From Haliotis rubra (lineage: Eukaryota), in NCBI RefSeq assembly GCF_003918875.1, contig NW_025765103.1, positions 1,984,001 through 2,048,000 on the forward strand: DNA of 64,000 nt, given 5' to 3'. The notes beneath the pieces are model-generated. The model had not been told where the DNA came from. It saw only the letters and a program-made list of their open reading frames with translations, and ran no database searches. The translations under genes and the position numbers were made by a program. Positions 34,563-48,139 of this stretch are shown piece after piece (position 1 is the stretch's first letter; each line of letters begins with the position of its first letter).

Positions 34563-37500
34563 ATGCCTTGTTGGTATTTCGAGAAGAAAGATATCCGCAA
34601 CTCAGCATCTGCACAGCATGGCTTGGATGCCAACACTGAGGCGCGGTACCGACGGGAGGGAGCTCGTCTTATACTGGATGCTGGTACCAAGCTAGGACTG
34701 TATCCTTGACTTCATAGTACTGTGTATACTCAGTAAGCTACATCCTTTGAAATGGATGCTAGGCCGTAAGGTAGAGACATCTGAATTTGTAGTATTTGGT
34801 AAAAAAGTTAATACAACTATCAATTTTACTTACCCATCATGCCAGGAGGATTTGGTATGGTATATCACTGCTTGTGAGGAGCAGCTTGCTAATATTTGTC
34901 ATGTCAATGTGCCGTTGACTATTATTTTACAAGTTGTCAAGTACAATAATAATAGAAGTTGTTATTTCTAGTGTTATGTGTTCAGAATTATTCTTTTATC
35001 TTAACTAATGTTAAACTACTGATGGATCATCACAGACTGATCTATCATTTTCTGTTAATCCTGTAAATGCCATTAGAAACAGAATCGACTTTCCCATGTT
35101 AAACCTATGTCTGGCAGAGTTGATCCACCTTTATGCAGGAGAACAATATTGATAGTAACATAATATTGTGGATGAATTCTGAACTGTGTGCATGGTGTGA
35201 ACTGTGACGTGTATTTACCGAGAATGTTATCCCTTAATGATCCTCAGTCGCTATGATACATGTTCAACAGGAGTGGTGTACTTTCACAGATTTTACATGT
35301 TCCACTCATTCAAGGAATTCAACAGATATGTAAGTATTCAAGTCATATTGCACAGATGATTAATATTTCTAGACTTTTCAGAATTCTTGTTGCAAACCAT
35401 TATGTCTGTCTCTATGTTAAGTATCCATTGCACCTCATACCACAAATAAATCAACATTTGTTCAAACACTGTCTGAGACCGTAGATGTCTTAGGTTGTAG
35501 CTGTTTGTGTGTTAAGGTGACAGCTGCGTGCTGCCTATTCCTGGCGGGGAAGGTGGAAGAGACGCCCAAGAAGTGTAAAGACATCATCCGCACCTGTCAC
35601 GGCCTCCTTAGCCCCCAGGCCTTTGCTGCCTTTGGAGATAATCCTAGAGTGAGTTGTCGTGTGCCAATCGGGAGTCTTTTCTAGGAAATAGAAACTACAT
35701 CCCGGTAGGAAAAATGATGAAGGGATGGCAAGCTTTTTTAACAGTCTTCACAAATGTTACTGGTCAGGGCTTAAATTCTGTGAAACTCATGAAATAATTG
35801 GACAATATATCCTCAAGACATGGCTCAATTGTAAGATATTTGGATATAAAAGTAGTTTCATAACATGATTTACACCAAGTACGAAATATTCATAGTATAT
35901 GCTTGATTACTAATGTTATCTGTTCCATGTTCTTATATGTTCACAATACAGCAAACAAACATGAATTAGTGAGGCTGTGTATGTTATGGGCCGTGTAATG
36001 CTCTCAGCATGTGTCTCATGCTCTTCCTGTGCATGTAATGCACTCCTTGTGTGTAATGCTCTCCCCGTGTGTGTAATGCTCTCCCCATGTGTGTAATGCT
36101 CTCCCCGTGTGTGCAATGCTCTCCCCGTGTGTGCAATGCTCTCCCCATGTGTGTGTAATGCTCTCCCCGATGTGTGTAATGCTCTCCCGTGTGTGTGTAA
36201 TGCTCTCCCGTGCAATGCTCTCGTGTGTAATGTCCCATGTGTGTAATGCTCTCCCCATGTGTGTGCTCTCTCCTGTGTGTAATGCTCTCCCCCGTGTGTG
36301 CAATGCTCTCCCCATGTGTGTGCAATGCTCTCCCGTGTGTGCAATGCTCTCCCCTGCAATGCTCTCCTGTGTGTGTGTGCAATGCTCTCCCGTGTGTGCA
36401 ATGCTCTCCCGTGTGTGCAATGCTCTCCCCGTGTGTGCAATGCTCTCCCCGTGTGTGTCTCCCCATGTGCTCTCCTCCCAGTGTGTGATGCTCCCCATGT
36501 GTGTGTGCTCTCCCCCCATGTGTGTGTGTGTGCAATGCTATGCTCTCCTGTGTGTGCAATGCTCTCCCCGTGTGTGCAATGCTCTCCCCCGTGTGCAATG
36601 CTCTCCCATGTGTGTAATGCTCTCCCCGTGTGTGCAATAATGCTCTCCCCCGTGTGTGTGTGTATGCTCTCCTCATGTGTGTGTAATGCTCTCCCATGTG
36701 TGTAATGCTCTCCCGTCCCCGTGTAATGCTCTCCTCGTGTCTGTGTTTTATGTCCTCCCGTGTGCAATGCTCTCCCCCTGTGTAATGCTCTCCCCATGTG
36801 TGTTATGTTCTTGTGTGTGTAATGCTCTTCCCGTGTGTAATATTGTTCTCCCTGTGTGTAATGTTCTTCCCATGCGTGTAATGCTCTCTCCTTGAGTATA
36901 ATGCCATCACAGTGTGTGGAATGCTCTTCAATTGTGACTGTCTGCAGGAGGAGGTGATGACACAAGAAAGGATTCTGCTGCAGACCATCAAGTTCGATCT
37001 ACAAGTGGAGCACCCTCACAGCTCCCTGCTGAAGTTTGCCAAGATTCTCAAAGGTACGCTCAGCATCTCATCTCATGTAATCTGATTTCATGTAAGATTT
37101 CCAGTGTCTCATAATTTGTATTCAGTACATCAGTACTGATATCTGTATGCGGTACCTTGATCTCTGTGTACTGTGTGTTGATCTCTGTACAATGTGTTGA
37201 TCTCTGTGTGTGTGATCTCTGTGTAATGTGTGTGATCTCATCTCTGTACTGTGTGTTGATCTCTGTGTACTGTGTGTTGATCTCTGTGTACAATGTGTGT
37301 GATCTCTGTGTACTGTGTGGTGATCTCTGTACAATGTGATCTCTGTGTCTGTGTGTTGATCTGTGTGTTGATCTCTGTGTACTGTGTGTTGATCTCTGTG
37401 TACTGTGTGGTGATCTCTGTGTACTGTGTATGGTGATCTCTGTGTACTGTGTGTGGTGATCTCTGTGTACTGTGTGTGGTGATCTCTGTGTACTGTGTTG

Positions 37501-40500
37501 TTCTCTCTGTACTGTGTGTTGATCTGTGTACAATGTATTGATCTCTGTGTACAATGTGTTGATCTCTGTGTACAATGTGGTGATCTCTGTGTGCTGTGTG
37601 TTGATCTCTGTACTGTGTGTTGATCTCTGTACTGTGTGTTGATCTCTGTGTACTGTGTGATCTCTGGTACTGATCTCTGTGTGTGTGTGATCTCTGTGTG
37701 TTGATGATCTCTGTGTGCTGTGTGTTGATCTCTGTGTACTGTGTGGTGATCTCTGTGTGTGATCTCTGTGTACTGTGTGGTGATCTCTGGGTACTGTGTG
37801 TTGATCTCTGTGTGTGTTGATCTCTGGGTGTGTGGTGATCTCTGTGTACTGTGTGTTGATCTCTGTGTACTGTGTGGTGATCTCTGTGTGTGTCTCTGTG
37901 TACTGTGTGTTGATCTCTGTGTACTGTGTGGTGATCTCTGTGTGCTGTGTGGTGATCTCTGTGTACTGTGTGGTGATCTCTGTGTGCTGTGTGTGTGATC
38001 TCTCTGTGTGTTGATCTCTGTGTACTGTGTGTTGATCTCTGTGTACTGTGTGTTGATCTCTGTGTACTGTGTGGTGATCTCTGTGTACTGTGTGGTTGAT
38101 CTGTGTGTGTGTGTTGATCTCTGTGTACTGTGTGTGTGTGATCTCTGTGTGTACTGTGTGTTGATCTCTGGGTACTGTGTGGTGATCTCTGTGTACTGTG
38201 TGTTGATCTCTGTGTACTGTGTGGTGTCTCTGTCTCTGTGTACTGTGTGATCTCTGGGTACTGTGTGTGTTGATCTCTGTGTACTCTGTGTGTGTGTTGA
38301 TCTCTGTGTACTGTGTGGTGATCTCTGGGTACTGTGTGTTGATCTCTGTGTACTGTGTGTGTTGATCTCTGTGTACTGTGTGTTGATCTCTGGGTACTGT
38401 GTGTTGATCTCTGGGTACTGTGTGTTGATCTCTGTGTACTGTGTGTTTATCTCTGTGTACTGTGTGTTGATCTCTGGGTACTGTGTGTGTGATCTCTGTG
38501 TACTGTGTGGTGATCTCTGGGTCTGTGTGTTGATCTCTGGGTGCTGTGTGTGTGTTGATCTCTGTGTGATCTCTGTGTGGTGATCTCTGGGTACTGTGTG
38601 TTGATCTCTGTGTACTGTGTGTTGATCTCTGTGTACTGTGTGTTGATCTCTGTGTACTGTGTGTTGATCTCTGTGGTACTGTGTGTTGATCTCTGGGTAC
38701 TGTGTGTTGATCTCTGGGTACTGTGTGTGATCTCTCTGTGTGTTGACTGTGTGTGTGATCTCTGGGTACTGTTGATCTCTGGGTACTGTGTGTTGATCTC
38801 TGTGCTGTGTGTGTGATCTCTGGGTACTGTGTGTTGATCTCTGTGTACTGTGTGTTGATCTCTGGGTACTGTGTGTTGATCTCTGTGTACTGTGTGTTGA
38901 TCTCTGTGTACTGTGTGTTGATCTCTGGGTACTGTGTGTTGTTAATCTCTGTGGTCTCTGTACTGTGTGTTGATCTCTGTGTACTGTGTGTTGATCTCTG
39001 GGTACTGTGTGTTGATCTCTGTGCACTGTGTGTTGATCTCTGTGTACTGTGTGTGTCTGATCTCTGTGTGTGGTGATCTCTGTGTGCTGTGTGTGATCTC
39101 TGGGTACTGTGTGTTGATCTCTGTGTACTGTTGGTGATCTCTGTGCTGTGTGTTGATCTCTGGGTGCTGTGTGTTGATCTCTGTGTACCGTGTGTGTTGA
39201 TCTCTGTGTGTACTGTGTGTTGATCTCTGGGTACTGTGTGGTGGTGATCTCTGGGTACTGTGTGTGTGATCTCTGTACAATGTGTTGATCTGTGTGTTGT
39301 TGATCTCTGTGTACTGTGTTGATCTCTGTGTACTGTGTGGTGATCTCTGTGTACCGTGGTGATCTCTGTGTACTGTGTGTGATCTCTGTGTGTGTTGATC
39401 TGTGTGTGATCTCTGTGTGTGTGTGTTGATCTCTGTGTACCGTGTGTGTGTGATCTCTGTGATGTGTGGTGATCTCTGTACTGTGTGGTGATCTCTGTGT
39501 ACTGTGTGTGATCTCTGTGTACTGTGTGTTGATCTCTGGTGTGTGTGTGATCTCTGGGTGCTGTGTGTGTGATCTCTGTGTACTGTGGTGGTGATCTCTG
39601 GGTACTGTGTGGTGATCTCTGTGTACTGTGTGGTGATCTCTGTGTACTGTGTGGTGATCTCTGGGTACTGTGTGGTGATCTCTGATACTGTGTGTTAATC
39701 TCTGTGTGTGTGTGTGTGATCTCTGTGTGGGTGATCTCTGTGTGTGTGTGTGGTGATCTCTGGGTACTCTGTGTGTTGATCTCTGTGTACTGTGTGTTGA
39801 TCTCTGTGGTACTGTGTGTTGATCTCTGTGTACTGTATGGTGTGTGTGTGTATCTCTGTACTGTGTGTTGATCTCTGTGTACTGTGTGTGGTGATCTCTG
39901 GGTACTGTGTGTGGTGATCTCTGTGTACTCTGTGTGTGTGATCTCTGTGTACTGTGTGTGTGTTGATCTCTGATACTCTGTGTTGATCTCTGTGTATGTG
40001 TGGTGATCTCTGGGTACTGTGTGTGTTGATCTCTCTGTACTGTACTGTGTGGTGATCTCTGGTGTGTGTTGATCTGTGTGTGTGTGATTGATCTCTGTAC
40101 TGTGTGTGATCTCTCTGTACTGTGTGTGATCTCTCTGTACTGTGTGGTGACTCTGTGTACTGTGGTGATATCTCTGTGTGTGTGATATCTGGGTACTGTG
40201 TGTGTTGATCTCTGGGTACTGTGTGTGTGTGATCTCTGTGTACTGTGTGTTGATATCTGTATACTGTGTACTGTGTGTTGACATCTGTGTACTGCATGTG
40301 TTGATCTCTCTGTACAGTTTGTGTTGATCTCTGTACTGTGTGTGTTGATCTCTGTGTACTGCATGTGTTGATCTCTCTGTACTGTGTGGTGATCTCTGTG
40401 TACTGTGTGTGTGATCTCTGTGTACTGTGTGGTGATCTCTGTGTACTGTGTGTGTTAATCTCTGTGTACTGTGTACTGTGTGTTGTGGTGATCTCTCTCT

Positions 40501-43500
40501 GTACTGTGTGTGGTGATCTCTGTGTACTGTGTGTTGATCTTTGTGTACTGTGTGTTGATCTCTGTGTACTGTGTGGTGATCTCTATGTACTGTGTGTTGA
40601 TCTCTGTGTATTGTCATGTTCCAGGTGACAAGGAGAAGGTACAGAAGATTGTTCAGATGGCCTGGACATTCATCAATGACAGGTATGTTATTTGTCATGC
40701 TGTTGCTGCTTTGTTTAGTTCACAGACATCACAGAAATAAAAACTACTTGCTTAGTACAGAACCAACTTGCCGCTATGAAGATAATGGTAGGTCCTTTGG
40801 TAGTTATGACGAGGCCATCAACCAGAAACTGTAATATTTGTGTTACGGTAAATCCACCTGCATGTGAACACATGTGTATGATGTCTATTTCAGTCTGTGT
40901 ACCACGCTGTGTCTCCAGTGGGAGCCTGAGATCATTGCAACATCATTGATGTACCTGGCGTCTCGCCTCCAGAAGTACGAGATCACAGACTGGGAGGGTA
41001 AATCACCTGGAAGAGAAATGAAGTGGTGGGAGTTTCTCCTGGAAGATCTGTCCATGCCTTTAATGGAAGGTGAGGGAATTAGTTTTGTCCTGGTCTGTAC
41101 TTCACTCAAACTGATCAAATTACACAGCTTGAACATTCCACACCCAAGCCCATATGGCTCCATGTTTAGAATCCATTCAAATATATTTACACGATTATAG
41201 TACCGATCTTTTATATAGTAGTACATTTTCACCAGTATAGTGGTTGTTCCCCTTTCCCAGTTGCACCTGATGAGGTGTCCAATCAGAGCTGGAAGTCAGC
41301 TGTTGCCTTCAGGCCTGTGGCAAGTACCAGTACAAGTTGGACCTGTAGTTTCAATTTTGTATGGCTTGCTGTAACTTAGTTGCTTGATTATTGTCACAAT
41401 AAGCTGCATTTATTTTAAAAAGGGTTTAGAGAGACTAAAGAGTGTAGTTTGGGCCTGGTAGGTCCTTATGGCATCTAGCTATGGATAATGCTCTTAATAT
41501 CAATCACTGATTTATCTTGTCATGCTTTCATTACTTGCCAAGCATGTTCCATGCCACTGTGATTGACTGGTAGCTGGACCTCTGTGGACATAAATTCTGC
41601 AAAAGCCTCACAGAGTTGGTCTGACGTTTTGATTATGATCAGTGTTTCATTGAGTATTTTATGTTTATTAGTTTTCGAGTTAGATTGCAATTCATCGGTC
41701 TGCTTTTGAGCCAAAGAGACTATATTAAGCCAGAATATTTTCAACCCTGAGTTTTTTATTAAACTTTCAACTTATCCTATCTCATGGAGTCTAGGGATCT
41801 TCAAAAGATAAGGATTGTGCCGTAACCTTGCTTCCAAACTGCACTTTGTTTATTGTTCCATAAAGTATTTGTTATTGAAGGGGCCAAAGCTCACTAGAAT
41901 GTTAATGCAGGGTGCCCAGGACCTTTTGTTTAAGAAAGAGGTATGTCACCATCTTGATGCAAACCAGATGCCAGACATGGCACGTGTGTCTAACATCATA
42001 ACATTGCTGCGGTCCTGCTGAAGGAACTGTCTACTTGTTTTGGAGTGGCATGCATCAACCCCGTCAAGATCTGGGTTAGAAATGGTCTTCAGCTACCCAC
42101 GCTTGTCATAAGAGGCAACTACTGGGATCGAGTGGTCAGACTTTCTGGCTTGTTTGATGCATGTGTCCCAGTGGCATCGACCGATGCTCATGATGTTAAT
42201 CACTGTATTGTCTGGTCCATGCAAATTGGCAGACTGCACTCACATAGCTGGAATGTTGTGAAGTGCGTTGTTGGACAAACACCAACAGAATTCGAGTGCA
42301 CAAATACTCACTGGATCTGTTGTTGTAGAACTTGTTGTTCTTCCAGATCTGTGTCATCAAGTGTTGGACCTGTACTCTCAGCAGAACAAGGACAGTCTCC
42401 AGAAGGGGGAGTCCCCTCCGCCAAGTCCACCCAAGATGGGAGCCCCCACCCCTCCCTCCCCTGCAGTTGCAAATCGGAAGAGAACAGTAAGTTGACATCA
42501 CATGTTGTATCACCCACCACACTGTTTGACTTTCTCGCATCCATTCTGTAAAGACTCAGAATCTGACCAATGATCAACATAAGCCAGGCTATGAAATATT
42601 GCCTTTTTTCATAAAGTTTAAAGCTAGGGACATTTTGAAATGTTTGAGCATTTTGATTAAGATAAGATAAGATAAACTTTATTGTCCCACAAGGGAAATT
42701 TGTTTTGCATTCAAAGAGCCAATACAAGCATATAACAACAAATAATTTAAAGTATATATACACAATGCCAAGCTAATCAGAATATAATGTTGAATTATAA
42801 CATAATCAAAGTTCATGATATAATAATCACTGCGTGCCTCATCATAGATTTCACTATTACAATTTTGAAGGAAGATTTAGAAGTTTTATGCTGTATGGGA
42901 CAAATGATTTTGAAGTTCTATTAGTTTTGTAATACATGATTTTGAAGCGGCGGCCAGAAGGCAGAAGTTCATAACATTCATTTAAAAAGTGTGATGGATC
43001 CAACTGAAAGGCCAGAGCTTTCTTCTTAACTTTTGACTCATACTGAAAAGGTAGAAGTTGGGGCTTTCTATCAATATAAAGATGACATATATAGATTGAT
43101 AATTGTCAACTAAATATTGATCGATTATCTATAAATATCAGAAAAGTAACTTTGAGCCAAAAATGCCAAAAATGTCTGAAAATATTTTTCATATATGTTT
43201 TTGCTTGGATTATTACCAAACCAGCATCCTGAACATAATTTAGAAGCAGACCATGCATAAAGTCTTCAATTTGTATATTGTGTGAGAAAGTTAAACCTTT
43301 TTTTCTGTCACAAAACTTAAAATACGATATTATCTATAACACAATTTTCATGTCAGTAGTCATTAATAATTGTTTCTGATGATACCAAGATATGCTGGGG
43401 TCAACTGATTATTTCCTACAGCTAAGATTTGATGTTGCTCATGAAATGTTTCACCGTAACAACATTGTGGTGAGCTAGTGCCTTTTAAGAAAGAAAACAT

Positions 43501-44851
43501 ATATGCAAGGTAGAGTCTTTTCGTTAATGATATATTGATGAAAGTTTTCGATGTATTTTGACCCTTGTAACATCTTTCAACATACGGGCGATGGGGTAGC
43601 CTAGTGGTTAAAGCGTTGGCTATGCGCCGAAGACCCGGGTTCGATTCCCCACATGGGCACAATGTGTTAAGCCCATTTCTGGTGTCCCCTTGCACTGATA
43701 TTGCTGGAATATTGCTAAAAGCGTAAAAACTAAACTCAGTCAGTCAGTCTTTCAACATACAACAAACTTTACACTAGTGAGAGAGGTACACAATGTATAT
43801 GATCTAGACTTCTTGTCAGAATTCTATTTTTATGGAATCTGCAGTGACTCAGTGGGTTAGATCTCTGACTGCTGGCGATGAGGTACCTCACTATGAGGAG
43901 CGGGTTCTAATCCAAGATGGGACTCAACCTAACAAAAGTACTAGAATATGTACTTTTCTGAGAAAGTGTAATCCCAAATATTACATATGTTGCATTTGAC
44001 CACTTTCTAAAAGACATTGTTTATTCATGTCTGTTGTGAGATCATTTCATGTATTGAACTGTTGTTAATCTCTTTCTGTATTTCCACAGAGCTCTCCAAA
44101 TGAGTCAAAGAAGTCAAGAAAAGAGGTTCCTGAAAAGAAGAGCATGAATGGCACCCAAAAATCAGCTCCCCCTCCACCGACAACTGCTGTGACGACAGTG
44201 GCGCCCGACTAGCGGTATCTCCTCTTACAACCCCTATGTTGACCGCAGCATGTACTCCTCTTCCTTCATGTCACAGGAGGGGAGCCAGACAATTCAGCCG
44301 CTGATATCAGGCACCCCCTCCACCACTGCACAGTATCCCACCTACCCCCCAGGTCAGACTCAGCCTGCTGCTGCACCCCCTGCCCACTATCCTGTCCCAG
44401 GCTACCCACAGGCAGGGTACCCACCTGCAGCAACATATGCTCAGACAGCTAACCCCCAGTACACTGCAACCTCAACAACTGCAGCACCCAGACCCCCCTA
44501 CAATACAGCCTTTCCCCCTAACTACCCTCCCCAGCAGGTTACCCAGCTTCCACCCACCCTCCGCCAACTCAACCCTACCCTGCCCCTGCCTACCCTTACC
44601 CCCCACAGTATGGGTCACAACCACCCCCACATGGCACAGCAGCACCCCCTGTAGGTTACCCCCCAGCTGGTGCCCCACCTCCTGGTGCTCCTCCAGGTGC
44701 CCCGCCAGGATTCCCACCTGGGGCTAGATTCCCACCCCCACCCCAGGGAGGACCACACCCAGTGCCACCAGGACCCCCTGGGGGTAAGTCTCAGAAGAGG
44801 AACCCTAGCATGGTGTCCGGTATAACAACAGTGAGGATAACAGGACGATGA
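34563..44851 (+). CDS. CCNK: Cyclin K (8 coding exons, proline-rich C-terminus)
   Basis: Exons 34563-34699, 35248-35329, 35517-35648, 36948-37053, 40625-40682, 40894-41069, 42347-42486, 44090-44851. Motifs [99 protein letters not shown]. Two single-base frameshifts in the last exon (about 44205 and 44537). Confidence 0.96.
34700..35247 (+). other. U12-type (minor spliceosome) GT-AG intron of CCNK
   Basis: 5' splice site GTATCCTTG; branch point TCCCTTAAT at about 35230-35238, about 10 nt before the CAG; no polypyrimidine tract. The reading frame joins GL|RYDT correctly. Confidence 0.92.
35990..36890. repeat. Degenerate minisatellite of about 21 bp in a CCNK intron
   Basis: TGTGTG(T/C)AATGCTCTCCCCG units. 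Confidence 0.95.
37150..40612. repeat. 3.5-kb minisatellite of about 22 bp filling a CCNK intron
   Basis: TGATCTCTGTGTACTGTGTG(T/G) units. Source of the spurious 1212-aa and 1080-aa ORFs. Confidence 0.97.
42060..42285 (+). mobile_element. Nin-domain/MESC-type SINE-like repeat, diverged
   Basis: CCCGTCAAGATCTGGGTTAGAA...CTTGTCATAAGAGGCAACTA...AGCTGGAATGTTG; homologous to 50004-50250 in the opposite orientation. Confidence 0.8.
42655..43100 (-). mobile_element. 3' fragment of a Rex1/Babar-like LINE
   Basis: Minus-strand [10 protein letters not shown]...[13 protein letters not shown], then AATAAAG and a (TCTTA)n tail. Confidence 0.75.
43584..43750 (+). mobile_element. Full-length tRNA-SINE
   Basis: GGGGTAGCCTAGTGGTTAAAGCG...GGGTTCGATTCCC head, GCTGGAATATTGCTAAAAG core, TCAG tail. 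Confidence 0.9.
43840..44030 (+). mobile_element. Second tRNA-derived SINE family; body also present inverted at about 33735-33830
   Basis: GTGACTCAGTGGGTTAG A box and GGTTCTAATCC B box. Body CTGAGAAAGTGTAATCC...ATATGTTGCATTTGA matches the reverse complement of 33735-33830. Confidence 0.65.
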
Positions 44852-46319
44852 CCTTACTGCTACACCGTAGTGAGTGAGTGAGTTGATGCTACACCGTAGC
44901 ATGTTTTAACTGATTAGTATGTACAGAAGAGAATGGAGGAAACAATGGATTATTATGAAATGTGAGCTTGGGTTCTTGAAGAGTGACATGACAGTAAGCT
45001 GGGTACTTTGTTCTATAGTGGGAAGATCATCTTCATCATAAACTGAAGTGTTCACAGATCTTGTTGCGTGGTCAGTTGGTGATGATAGTTGGAATGTATT
45101 TCAAAGTATTTTCGAATGTGATCATTTCATCATCTTCAGTTTTGTTTTATTTGAAGTTATTTGTTCACTGAATGCAACTCACATTCTCTGATGAAAATAC
45201 CAGAACTCCACGACTAGCTGTGTCACTGTGGTGGCATGCTCCTGTCGTGGTAACTTGTTGGATGTTATTGGAATATTTGTTCAGTGTTGGAATTTCGGGC
45301 CTGAATATTTTTCAAGGTTTCTCCGGACCATTCCTGTACTTGCTGGTTTCAAGTGGTAAAAATCTGAAGCCTAAATCATATTGGGCTTTTCACTGAAATC
45401 AAACAAATATGTCTTGATATAACTGCAATACTGTTGAAAGGAGCTGACTGTTGCCATGGTAACATGGCATGATACACTGGTAGGTTAAAGAACACCCAAT
45501 ATTTTCCTTTTGTCCATGACATCCAATATGGTCACAGGAAACATAGTCAGGTCTTCACTTGAGTAGTAATACTAGTATGTTACTGTTTTGTCAACTTCAT
45601 TCATGACCTGGTCTCTTGTTCTGACTAAGTCCATGCAGTATGTACCACCAGCATGACAGACTTAGCTAAGACAAGACTGACTGTTATTAGTGAAGTAGAG
45701 CTAAGTCACAGGTCATTGAGTAATGGCTGTATTAGCACATAGAACAGTCTGATGGAATATGATAAATAGAATTGTAATGAGACCATCACAATTAAATGCT
45801 ACATGATTTATTACCTCAGCTGACCTGTGATATGTCAGGGGAGTAATTATCATAATCATAATTACATGTAAGCACTTCCATCATTAAGTATTTTCACTGT
45901 TTTATGCTCTTGGCAATGGCAGCCTTAACACACACAAAATGTATTTGAAAGAAATTTCATGTATATTTTGACCAGATTTTTCCAGAAGAATATGAAAGTG
46001 TTTGTAGTATATTGTTTTTGACAACTAAAAGGAACTAGTGTTTGTCAACTAAAGGGGAGGGGGGATGGTCTTTCCTCGATGTTACAGAGTTTGCTTGTCA
46101 CACTGAAGACAAATGTTTGATTTCTCATGTGTACCATTTCTGGTGTCCACTGCCGTGCTATTGCTGGAATATTGCTGAAAGTGGCATAAAGCCAAACACT
46201 CACTCACTTACAGACGAGGATTTCCACCAGACACTGTACTAGCTCCATGCTATGACCTTGTGTTGGAAGAACGTGTTACTGTTGGCGAGGTTGTGTGCCA
46301 TTGCTGCCATGTTTATGTT

Positions 46320-46706
46320 ATTCAGTGAAGTTCAGTTTGTAACAAGCAGAGAGAAGAGACAGGGATTGAGGGATGGTGTGTACTTTAAATGTTGATGTGA
46401 TTCAGTGAAGTTCAGTTTGTAACAAGCAGAGAGAAGAGACAGGGATTGAGGGATGGTGTGTACTTTAAATGTTGATGTGATTCAGTGAAGTTCAGTTTGT
46501 AACAAGCAGAGAGAAAAGACAGGGATTGAGGGATGGTGTGTACTTTAAATGTTGATGTGATTCAGTGAAGTTCAGTTTGTAACAAGCAGAGAGAAGATTG
46601 AGGGATGGTGTGTACTTTAAATGTTGATGTGATTCAGTGAAGTTCAGTTTGTAACAGAGAGAAAAGACAGGGATTGAGGGATGGTGTGTACTTTAAATGT
46701 TGATGT
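46320..46706. repeat. 80-bp tandem repeat (about 5 units)
   Basis: Unit begins TTCAGTGAAGTTCAGTTTGTAACAAGCAGAGAGAAG. Confidence 0.95.
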
Positions 46707-46981
46707 TATGAACCTTGCATATCTACAAACTGGTGTACATGTTGAATGAGATTTGATAAACATGAGCAAATAGGAATGTAAAGTATCAAATCTTGTGAAA
46801 TAAATGCATTTATCTTGATGTTTTTTAGTTCTAAATATTTCCTTATTGCACAAATTGTTGAGTAGATGTAAACAGTGTGGGCTGAACACGGCAACTAAAT
46901 GAGGATTGAATGGCTACAATGTTTGCTGATAAACGGACTTGTTTCCATTAGACTGTGTTGCCACAATTTATAGGTGCAACA

Positions 46982-47455
46982 GAGTTGCCATTCCCCATAT
47001 CATCTAACTAGTGGTTGCCATTCCCCATATCATCTAACTAGTGGTTGTCATGACCGGAACATCGAACTATGGTTGCCATGACCAGATCATCTAACTATGA
47101 GTTGCCATGACATCATCTAACTATGGGTTGCCATGACCGGATCATCTAACTATGGGTTGCCATGACCGGATCATCTAACTATGGGTTGCCATGACCGGAT
47201 CATCGAACTATGGGTTGCCATGACCAGATCATCTAACTATGGGCTGCCATGACCAGACCACCTAACTATGGGTTGCCATGACCGGATCATCTAACTATGG
47301 GTTGCCATGACCGGATCATCTAACTATGGGTTGCAGTGACCCGATCATCTAACTATGGGTTGCCATGACCAGATCATCTAACTATGGGTTGCCATGACCG
47401 GATCATCTATCTCTGGAGTTGCCATGACCGGATCATCGAACTATGGTTTTCATGA
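46982..47455. repeat. 29-bp minisatellite
   Basis: GGGTTGCCATGACCGGATCATCTAACTAT units. Confidence 0.95.
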
Positions 47456-48139
47456 TAGTGTGCTGGTATGGTTATGATGTTGGTGAGTTTCACTTTAAGT
47501 GGCAAATGGCCTTGTCCTGATTTAATTGATAATACAAGTTTTCTCCCGCATTTAACAACGATCTCCTTGGAAATGGAAAAGGTAGGGTCGGAGCTTGATC
47601 TACTGTTATGTAGTGGCATGTTCGTGTCTCCGTAACTACACAGACAACTGCATCAGGACCTTTCAAGTTCTAAATAACTGGTGTGAAATATTTATATACA
47701 AACCTTTATCTTTATTATAGCGTGTAACAGTAAAATATAACAAGAAATGTGCAAATGTCCGAAGTCTCTCTGTGTGTGTGTGTGTGCACGCGCGCATGTG
47801 TGTGTGTGTGTGCAAGACAGAAACGCAACATCGGTTAGCTGTGGTTAGAATTTAATAGCAATTATGTCATCACAGGTACAGTTTTTACCCTGAAACAAAA
47901 AACCCACAAGTATGGAGGTGTAAGTCGATGAAAGGGTGTTGATATTGATACGTGTACTGTCATAGACCTTACTGTCGCAGTTGTGGAAGAATATATATGT
48001 AACAATGTAAAACATTATGAAGAGAGCGCCGAAAAGCTTTCGTGAGTACAGTCTCTTCTTATTATGAATATGCGCGTTTGATTACAAACAAGAGAAAAGT
48101 CCGGTCACGTGATATGCAAATTAGCCTGTGGCAGTGATG

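Noticed and set aside
35916-40698. 1212-, 1080- and 349-aa His/Thr-rich ORFs
   Set aside because: Antisense readings of TG-rich satellites inside CCNK introns; stop-poor by composition.
41230-41340. H/ACA snoRNA in a CCNK intron
   Set aside because: A hairpin plus ACA is present but there is no convincing ANANNA H box or first hairpin.
43584-43660. tRNA gene candidates (also 1195, 48710, 52480, 54020)
   Set aside because: tRNA-like heads continue into shared SINE bodies and simple-repeat tails, without a proper acceptor stem or terminator.
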